Source: Podarcis filfolensis
Taxonomy: Eukaryota
DNA length: 64,000 bases
Direction: 5' to 3' (one strand)
NCBI GenBank assembly: GCA_964270895.1
Contig: OZ185444.1
Below the pieces are notes generated by a model. That model did not search any database. It saw nothing but the letters and a program-made list of their open reading frames with translations, and was not told the origin of the DNA. The first letter of the stretch is position 1, and each line of letters begins with the position of its first letter. The translations under genes were made by a program, and so were the position numbers. Shown here one piece after another: positions 51,703 to 60,733 of this stretch.

Positions 51703-52553
51703 ACATAGGCAGTCCCCACTGTTTCAGTCGTTTTCTGCGCTGAACATTACAGGCAGAAAATTCCTGGGTTTTAATTTTAATTTAAAGTGGAGAAGATTCT
51801 ACTTTCGCTCTCATAGGCATAAAATATATAAAGAAATTCAGACAGCATATATAACCCTTTCCTATTCCTCTGCCTAATAAAACATAGTTTAGAAATGCTA
51901 AAGCATTTTGCCAGAGATATGATTTAGAGAATGGAATGACCTTATTAAGTGTTATTCACACAGGTCTCTTAATCTGTGAACCATATGAATGCCTATACCA
52001 GAACAAAGAGGTTCTGTTAACATTCAGGCCTTTGATCTCTTATGTACACTAATTATCAGTTATGACTTACATTGTGCTGTTCCTTTTGTTCTCTTGTTGG
52101 ATGCAATTCACTTTCTCTCCCACACTTAAATTCTTTTGTCCTGCTATCTCATATTATGTTTGGGAAACTTTTTTTTTTTTTTTAAATGTGGCTGGTTCAA
52201 GTATTGCATCATTGTCATGCTAACTACCTTAAGCTTTTGTTTATGTCTCAATAAGTATTATAAAATTCATACAGTGACTGCTAAATTACATTATCTTTAT
52301 CATGGTAGATAGGTATATACAATTCCCTGAAGCTGGGGTAGGGAGGCGAGGAGAAGGAACAGATCATTTCCAGTGAATCAGGCACAGTAATTGAATGAAC
52401 TTTATGTTGGGAATCTTTCCATGTATATTTTCCCTTTATTTCATTTAACAATTATAAACAGACATTGTCACTCTCCTCTGCCAATCTTATGCGCACAATT
52501 ATTTAAGTGCTGCTATTTTGTTTTCTATTATATAGGGCTGTATACTGTAAATT

Positions 52554-52898
52554 GGGACGCGGGTGGCGCTGTGGGTTAAACCACAGAGCCTAGGACTTGC
52601 CGATCAGAAGGTTGGCGGTTCGAATCCCCGCGACGGGGTGAGCTCCCATTGCTCGGTCCCGGCTCCTGCCAACCTAGCAGTTTGAAAGCATGTTCAAAGT
52701 GCAAGTAGATAAATAGGTGGGAAGGTAAACGATGTTTCCGTGCACTGCTCTGATTCGCCAGAAGTGGCTTAGTCATGCTGGCCACAAGACCTGGAAGCTG
52801 TACGCCGGCTCCCTCGGCCAATAAAGCGAGATGAGCGCCACAACCCCAGAGTCGGTCACGACTGGACCTAATGGTCAGGGTCCCTTTACCTTTACCTT
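52554..52898 (+). mobile_element. Full-length Sauria SINE
   Basis: Complete head and tail; TSD tactgtaaatt (52543-52553) / tactataaatt (52899-52909). Confidence 0.95.
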
Positions 52899-52976
52899 TA
52901 CTATAAATTACTGTGTCCTCCCCCACAAAAAAAAAACTCCCAGGAACATGGATGTGCAAAATTTATACGTTCTCAT

Positions 52977-53156
52977 CAGTGGCGTAGCGTGGGTTGTCAG
53001 CACCCGGGGCAAGGCAAGTAATTTGCGCCCCCTAACCCGTGGATTTGCGCCCCCTAACCCGTGGATTTGCGCCCCCTAACCCATGGATTTGCCCTAACCC
53101 CAGATGTTGCGCCCGGTGCGGCCCGCCCCCCCTGCACCCCCCACGCTACGCCACTG
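52977..53156. mobile_element. hAT MITE with internal 22-bp tandem repeat
   Basis: Perfect 17-bp TIR CAGTGGCGTAGCGTGGG, perfect 8-bp TSD gttctcat. Confidence 0.95.
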
Positions 53157-54712
53157 GTTCTCATTAGCTTTCCCAAAAGCTATGATAAAATTGGTAGTTG
53201 TCTAAAAATAAACTACAGTTGCCCAAGCATTGATCTCAAGTTAGGTCCATTTATTTCAGGAGGTCCATGCTGAGTAAAACTTAGTTGATACCTAAATAAA
53301 AAAAAATCCTTCCAGTAGCACCTTAGAGACCAACTACGTTTGTTATTGGTATGAGCTTTCATGTGCATGCACACTTTTTCAGATACAGTTCTTCAGATAC
53401 AGTTAATACCTGTGAGACTGCTCTCCAATATTTACAGTGTCTGATCAATGGACCACCGATGGGAAATCATAAGGTATCAAATAGTGGTCCCTTTTCGCTT
53501 ATTAAGAGGATGGTTTGGTCTGGTTTGAATAACATTCTAAGCTGAACCTTGACCGCATGAACATGCTGGGTCTGGAGAGGAACCAGTAGCTGCCGATCCT
53601 TTCCTGCTGTGCAGTGCTGAGTTAAACCAAGGTTAGCTTTCCCTTCACATGCTTGTGTGGCCTTGCTAAGCCAAGGTTTTGCTAATTATTTCATGACAGC
53701 TGGGCCATTGTGGAAAAGGCACCAACATCCTAGAAATGGAATGGGTTCTTCTGAATTGAGTAATTTCGTGATTTTTGCTTTCCTTCATGAGTGAAATCTG
53801 ATAATCTTTACTCCCAGGTTGGCTTACACACCAGTCTTTTTAGGGCCTATAAGCCAATAGAAACTGAAAAACAACATTAATATGTATTCTTGCTTTCAAA
53901 ATACCTGATTTTAATGTTGCAAGGCAAGTCCAGGAAATCCAGCTTCAAAATCCATCTCTACCAACCTTTCAATAGTTTTCAAGGTAGATTTTGAGGACAT
54001 ATATATTCAGCATAGGTAAATTAAACAATCTCTTCCTAAATGCACCTATCCGCTTCCTTCTGCATTTAAATTTAATATTGCTATTAATAGCTCCATCCTC
54101 TTTGAGGATAACCTATTTTGATATTCATAAAGGAACAAGTAACTTTTTCAAATATTCTGCAGTCAAGGCAAGTAACAAGCTGTTGCACATTTATTCCAAG
54201 TCCAATCTGATGTGCCTAGTTTCTAAACCCCATGTGTGTGTTCAGTGGTTAGATCTAGTTTTTCAGTAGTTTAAATATGTAATAATACCTTCCATGTACT
54301 CTAATGCATTTTCACATAAAAGTTGACTTCCAGATGGAGCGGGAATGGAACAGCTTTTCAGCTGATTCACAATATAATTTAAATTAGCTCACTGATAGCC
54401 ATAACATTTCCATATGTAGAATTACATGAATTGTTATTTCATCTGTCTGTTATATATCTTTACAAAAATGCAAAACACCCAGAAAAGTGATATATCAGTA
54501 GGTCGATGTCAGTGCAAAAACGTGTGCAGTGTAGATAAACGTGAAACCGTAATTTCATGACAATGTACAAAGTAAGACCCGTCAGTACGTTTAACTCATA
54601 TATGTATGATTTGAAAACCGGGGATAAGGCAACTCATGAACACCAAAAAGGAAGTGGAACCCTAGAAAGCATGCTTTCTGCGAAGCATTTTATTCTCTGA
54701 AGTTCCTGAAAG

Positions 54713-55046
54713 TGTTACATAGAACGAGCCATGCTCATGACTGTTTCTGAGAATAACCGCGCACCCATCAGAGATGGGCGCCATTTGTGGCCCTGCATAT
54801 GCCACCCCCGATCTTCTGGGTGACACGCTGGGTTGCCAGCTGGCCCACCTTCCCGGCACTGCGGAGCGCTGGGGGTTCCCGCCAAACCCCTATTCAAATA
54901 AGCCAATCTGCGGTGTTGCTGGGGTTGTGGCCACAGGAGCGGACCGAGAGTGAGAAGGCTTCACTCAGGTCCGCTCACTCGGTTTAAATAGAGGGCGGAG
55001 ATTCATTGCTCTTGGTCCGTCGCCTGGAGGGGTGGGGGTTTCCACA
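54713..55046 (-). mobile_element. CpG-rich LTR-like element
   Basis: Reverse strand starts TGTGG, has TATTTAAA then a hairpin, and a CA end at 54786 followed by AA and TGGCGCCCA (PBS-like). No TSD found. Confidence 0.4.
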
Positions 55047-55423
55047 TAGGCATGCAAAGAGTACACCACCTCTTATTCTCCATGGTGTGTGTTGTTGGTG
55101 GTGGTGTTGTTTTGCGCTGGCTGCTGCTATTTGTGCTTAGAAGTAGATAAACATCTAGCATGCAGTTATTATGGCACTGCATTTCATAATATTCCTTTCC
55201 TTCAAAGGGCTTTGGATACCGTGCTGCAAATGTGGAGATCCTGTTTGAGCAACTGTTTCACTGTTCATTCTCCAGATGAGCTGCCAGCTAATAAATCCAC
55301 ATAATATCAGAATGCATAAAGGAATGTGTGAAACTGCATGTGTGAAAGTTTCAGATTTTTATCTGTGGAACTGCAAATCTCTGTGTAATTGCAAATGTAC
55401 GAGTGTGTTTTGTTGTATTTCAG

Positions 55424-55561
55424 GAGAAGCAGAGGTTCCTGACAGATGTTTTACATGAAGTAATGCTGCTTGATGGCCTGGCTAGTTCACACCCGGTGTC
55501 ACAGGAAGTGCAGCAAGCCACGGACATTGACAGAGTGTTTGACTGGATCGCGTATAAAAAG
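55424..55561 (+). CDS. TRHDE: TRHDE coding exon (probable exon 6, 138 bp): EKQRFLTDVLHEVMLLDGLASSHPVSQEVQQATDIDRVFDWIAYKK
   Basis: Acceptor tatttcag ends at 55423, donor GTGGGA at 55562. Contains the SSHP motif and the M1 catalytic tyrosine region (AYKK). In frame with the previous exon. Overlaps ORF 55403..55672. Confidence 0.97.
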
Positions 55562-57101
55562 GTGGGAACAGAACAAAAGTCATGTTTGTTGGATTTGGGG
55601 GGCGGGGTATTTATCATCTCACATACTGTTATTTCCATAGCTTGGAGTTACTACGCTTTAATTGCATGGTGATGTGGGCTTTTGATTCTTCCACAGCAAG
55701 GAAAAGGCTATATTTGGCAAAGTCTGTTCATTATTCTCCCTTATAACCAGCTCCAAAAGTGGAGGCAATCGGTCCATTTTAAAAAACTGATTTTGTGTCA
55801 GGCTGGCCATGTGTCCTGAATCAACTACAGATATAAAATTCTTCACATGGCAATTTGCAGAAGTTAATTTATAAATTGCATTTATAAATGCATTTTAAAA
55901 ATGTAATCAGTTTATTAGTTTAATATCCTTCCTTTCTCCCAGTGCAGCACCCAAGGCAGTTCACAGCTTGAATTACAACAGATACAACTAAAAGCACAAA
56001 TATAAAAAAAAGAAACAAGTCCTGAAACAGCACTGAAAACACTTTAAACCATTTTAAAAGTGTGCATGCACATAGTCCAACACCCATCCTAAGAATAAGA
56101 TCCAGTAGCATTAACCAGTTAGTGGCCAAAGGCTTCAAAGGAATATTTGAAACCAGACTGCAAAAGATTAAATGCCTTTTCACTTTAACAAGTATTTTTA
56201 CTTAAATAATGGGTAACATCCAGTGATAGCATGCTAAAAATATCTAATTTTCAACGCATCAATACAATTCAACGCATCAATATACAATTTTCAACGTGAA
56301 ATCGAAATGCATTTATTAATGCTATTTTTAAAACAAACAAAAAAACACACACAAGGATCACACTCCTGGAACACGGATGAGTGCAGTTATGAAGGATAGA
56401 TTGTGGTTATTATTCTTATTCCACAGTTCTGGCCCATCAGGTTCATATATTTTTACCCATCTCTGACGTTTGCAGAACACCCTCTCCTTTTCTCTGGGAG
56501 CTCAAACTCAATCAGAACCAGGACAGAATATTATTATGGATATGTGCCCAAGTAAAGTTTCCTTTTGGCGTTTTTCCATACTCAAATTCTCTCTTGCTGT
56601 CATATCTGGAAATTCTGTCTGATTCATATCTGAGATCAGGGAGCTTTCCATCTGTGTGGTGTTGATTACTTCTTTGAGTCATCTGGTGTGACTTGCTCTG
56701 CTCTTTCTCCAAAGCTGTTTGTGAAATTTCCCCCTAACCACTTTTACTCCTTTCACAGAAGCTGCACTCTTGGGCAGTATTTCTTGGGCTGATTCATCCT
56801 CCTAGCCTCTAGAGTATCATAAATTCTCTTGATATCCGAGCAGGTCAGCCAATGAGTAGGTTGAACTCCCACACAGATAATAGGAATATTTTGGTTTATA
56901 ACAGCTAAATTAGTTTGTCTTTAAATAACAAAAACTCCTATCCTACATATTTGTTTCTGTCTTTAATTTTCTTCTATCCATATTCATTTCTCAACCAAAC
57001 ACTAAGACAGAGTTTGCCTATGTTTTCTTAAGTATAGTGCCTATCAGGAATGTTACTGTTAATAGATTCATTCAACATTCTGAATAAAACAATGCTTTAG
57101 G

Positions 57102-57351
57102 GGTATTACCCTGATTGCGTGGCGAGTTCCCGCCTCCCCCCTCAGAAATAAAGACACGAGACACGAGAATTCGAGTTAATGGGTCAAATTAGGCCACCCT
57201 TGGCTGCGCCAGACCTAAGTACGGTGAGGCCACGCCCCCTGGGCCAGCCGATTGGCTGACCTGGGGATGACGCGTCCGAGGATTCCCTGGCATCGTGGGG
57301 GCTGAAACAAGCCCTCGCGAGTGTGGGGAGGGGCATTAAGCCTGAAACCCT
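57102..57351 (-). mobile_element. Short CpG-rich LTR-like element (family of 21880 and 58811), internally deleted
   Basis: Reverse strand has CCAAT, GGGGCGTGG, then gtggcctaatttgacccattaa...cgtgtctcgtgtctttatt, matching the family's 3' motif. Confidence 0.5.
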
Positions 57352-57389
57352 ACCTCCTCTCTAGTTCAGAAGTGGCTTTGTCCTTATCT

Positions 57390-58480
57390 TAATGCACTCT
57401 GGAAAGAAACCTGACACACTCTGGGACGCAAGCCTGAGCAGTGTGTGTGGAAGTCCTGGGCTGCCCAGCCAACAAGACCCCACTCTTGCCCTTGCTGATG
57501 TGGTCCAAAGGGAAACAGAGCAATACATTTGGCACCAGCTTGGCTGCAGGAGTTGCCAGAAGGAAGCTTATAAGACACCATCCAACCACCTTAGGGACTC
57601 CACTCCAGATTTGTGTAGGTTATCCCTCAGCCTTTTCTTCTCTCAAAGATGTCCCACAAGGCAGTGGGTATGGATTGTTCTTCAGTGTATATTCCTGAAG
57701 CCTTTCTCATGAATGAGTATCGCTGCAAGACAGTGGAAGCTTAGGATAGAGTTTTCCTTCTCCTAGGTGGGCTATCTTGGCAGGTTGATGAAACCCATCT
57801 GGCCCTCATTTCCCTCTACAGCAAATGCAGAAATCACCTTCTTGACCATTGCACCCATGATTGGTTTTGTCTGTTCAATCTGCCAGATCCTGGTTTTGCA
57901 TGTAGGGGATAAGACAAGTCTTTAATTTACTGACGGTTTGAGACCCATTGGCTACCCTCACCTGGTTTAGGTGGTGCTGTAGTCTAAACCATTGAGCCTC
58001 TTGGGCTTACCGATCAGAAGGTCGGCGGTTTGAATCGCTGCAATGGTGTGAGCTCCTGTTGCTCTGTTCCCACTCCTGCCAACCTAGCAGTTCAAAAGCA
58101 TACCAGTACAAGTAGATAAATAGATACCGCTGCAGTGGGAAGGTAAACAGTGTTTCTGTGCGCTTTGGCTTCCGTCACGGTGTTCCATTGCTCCAGAAGT
58201 GGTTTAGTCATGCTGGCCACATGACCCAGAAAGCTGTCTGTGGACATACACCAGCTCACTCAGCCTGAAATGAGATGAGCGCTGCACCCCCATAGTCCCC
58301 TTTAACTGGACTTAACTTTTACCTTACCTTTACCTTAGTTGACCAGTTGAAGCTGCTTCCTAGGGTGTGGCCACTGACACACACTAACAGCTTCCAGGAG
58401 CCACAGATGAATGCTGAGTGCTGGGTTGGGACCAGTGATGGATGAACTACCCCAGAAGATGCACAACGTGTTCCCCACCA
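57390..58480 (-). mobile_element. RTE-clade LINE 5'-UTR fragment interrupted by a Sauria SINE
   Basis: Homologous to 30860-31740; similarity breaks at ...cctggtttag (57970) and resumes after about 58337. Confidence 0.62.
57970..58337 (+). mobile_element. Older-subfamily Sauria SINE nested in the RTE-like fragment
   Basis: ggtggtgctgtagtctaaacc...gatcagaaggtcggcgg...gtcatgctggccacatgacc...(ttacc)n. Confidence 0.9.
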
Positions 58481-58810
58481 GAGATACTGCTCATCCCTTG
58501 ACATCCCGTACAATGCATGCTGCTTAAATATCTGTCGAGCTAAATGTACTTGTCATTTCCACTTTCTGCCCTCCATGGCTACCATGTATAGAAGCTCTCT
58601 GGGAAGATATTAACTTAGGTTCAGAAGCAGACTGAAACAGATAACCTGGAACTAGGAAACAGTTTTTCCATCTGGATGATTTTTAATTCTTTCATTGAAT
58701 CCATTAAAAAGAACATCATGTACTTGTAGTTCAAAAATTAGCAACTGCAGTTTTCCCCTCTCAAATCAAATGTTTAAAGAAAGCTATAAAGGTAAAGGGA
58801 CCCTTCCATC

Positions 58811-59781
58811 TGGCATTAGGCTTTTTGGTTTCTTCGCCTACCTCGTAGCAATCGTCACAACTTTTGTGGTATTGGTGGGTAGGTTAGGCATTGGAATAAT
58901 GTGTTGTGGTGTCGTAGGGCTAGGTGTGGCCATCGCCTGCGCCTTCAATTTTTGGGTATTCCGTTAAAGGAATCTGGCGGTCGTGTATTCTGTCCAATGC
59001 CTGCTTGGCGGGAGGCCATGGCACGACCCTCGGTGACATCAGGGGAGAGCTTATAGTTGGATTAGCATCAACAGGCTCCACCTACTGGTGAATAAACCCC
59101 CTTTGTTGTTTTTTAGACTCACCCCTCTCCAAGTGGGTGGAGTCAGCTGACGTAATCCAATGCCTAAGCCAATACCTTTTCACTTGCTGTAATCAATAAA
59201 GTTGTGGCCTTTTCTTGCCCATTAACCGGCTTTCTCTAGAGCCCGCTTTGAGACAATGCCCTCAGCAGTGCTGTACGGCAAATTTACGTGGGTACCAATG
59301 CATGCACGTCTCTGCCCCTGTATGTCTAATAAGGTAGAATCTGTCACACACATCCTTCTATTTTGCGAATTTTACAGTGAAGAACGAGTTCAACTTATTT
59401 TGCCGCTTTTATCAAAATTTATACCCCTACAACATTATTTGGAATCCTCCCCCGAAATTCTACGAAAATACCTTCTGGAAGATTCCTCAAGCTCAATATC
59501 ATATGAGGTGGCCAAATTTTGCACTTTAGTAATCAGGAAGCGTAAATCTCAAATCTGTTGAATGGCACACTGCGAAGTTCCCTTGTGTAATCTTTTCTTT
59601 TCTTTTCTTTTCTTTTCTGATGTTGTTGTTGATTTCTTTTTGTTTGATCTTGTGGTGTTTAGTGTCACTGGCTTTTGCCGCAATAAAACTTGAACTTGGA
59701 ACTTGGAACTTGCCCATTAACCTTATATCACGTGTCCTTGTGTTTCATTCCACTGCGTGGGGTTCAGGTCCTCGAACCACA
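58811..59781 (+). mobile_element. LTR-like element (476 bp once de-nested), interrupted by a LINE fragment
   Basis: Candidate TG...CA ends, AATAAA at 59195, family motif gttgtggcc...cccattaacc...cgtgtccttgtgtttcatt continuing across the LINE insertion. Confidence 0.65.
59228..59708 (+). mobile_element. 5'-truncated non-LTR retrotransposon (possibly RTE-X-like) 3' end
   Basis: Open frame AFSRARFETMPSAVLYGKF...RLCPCMSNKVESVTHILLFCEFY (CCHC finger) to stop at 59561, AATAAA plus (CTTG[G]AA)n tail, perfect 14-bp TSD cttgcccattaacc (59214-59227, 59709-59722). Clade is inferred. Confidence 0.85.
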
Positions 59782-60538
59782 AGGTCCAGTTGTGGCCGAC
59801 TCTGGGGTTGCGGCACTCATCTCACTTTATTGGCCGAGGGAGCCGGCGTACAGCTTCTGAGTCATGTGGCCAGCATGACTAAGCCGCTTCTGGTGAACCA
59901 TCGGTACCTATTTATCTACTTGCACTTTGACGTGCTTTTGAGCGGTACCTATTTATCTACTTGCACTTTGACGTGCTTTCGAACTGCTAGGTTGGCAGGA
60001 GCAGGGACCGAGCAACAGGAGCTCACCCCGTTGAAGGGATTCAAACCGCCGACCTTATGATTGGCAAGTCCTAGACTCTGTGGTTTAACCCACAGCGCCA
60101 CCAAATAAAGCTTTAATAGATGTCAAATAATAAGTTATGATAATAAATAAATCTCTTTTTCTTTCTATTTTCATTTTTTCATTTTCATTTTCATTTCTCG
60201 GGGCTGGCTTCAAGCTTTCCTGTACTTCATCGTTGTCTTCTTTTCCAGCTTCTTATTTGACTCTCTCTGGAAGAGCTATGCCTAACCCCCAAAACCTTCC
60301 AGCCAGACCTCTCCCCAAACTAATCACACTTTACTTTGCCAGCTTGTATTTGCCTATAACGATGAGCCAATAAATAAACATAGAATGTTTCTATCACATC
60401 CCAACTTTGCCTTCCCACCCCAACAAATGTAAAAAGATTGACTCCTAATGTACCGACAACTTCCTTGGGCATGGATATGTTTCTATGGCGATAGACTATG
60501 ATTCTTGGTAGGGAGCCAACTATAGGTAGGCAACAGGT

Positions 60539-60733
60539 AAACATTGTACCCCTAGATCTCAGAGGTAACTGCCAACTGTTTGACCTCCTACAATTAACCA
60601 TAAAAACATTGTGTCCCTGGATCGCAAAGGTAACTGCTGGCCTTTTGACCTCCTGCAGGTAACTGTATAAACATCATATCCCTGGACCTCAGAGGTAGCT
60701 GCCAACCTATTGACCTCCTGTAGTTAATCATAT
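60539..60733. repeat. 65-bp minisatellite, three diverged units
   Basis: aaac unit starts at 60539, 60604, 60669 (and 60734); shared ccct.gatc..agaggtaactgc...ttgacctcct. Confidence 0.9.

Larger units (their letters stand above)
58789..60102 (-). mobile_element. Sauria SINE split by a ~970-bp insertion (tail 58789-58810, body 59782-60102)
   Basis: Tail aaggtaaagggaccc and body aggtccagttgtggccgactc are contiguous in the intact copies. Outer TSD aaagaaagctata (58776-58788) / aaataaagcttta (60103-60115), 11/13. Confidence 0.85.

Noticed and set aside
55562-55672. Exon 6 read-through ORF
   Set aside because: Only about 36 codons before a stop, within chance expectation.
56250-56297. Short local tandem duplications (also 15011-15039, 15137-15156, 18489-18511)
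   Set aside because: Ordinary replication-slippage products.
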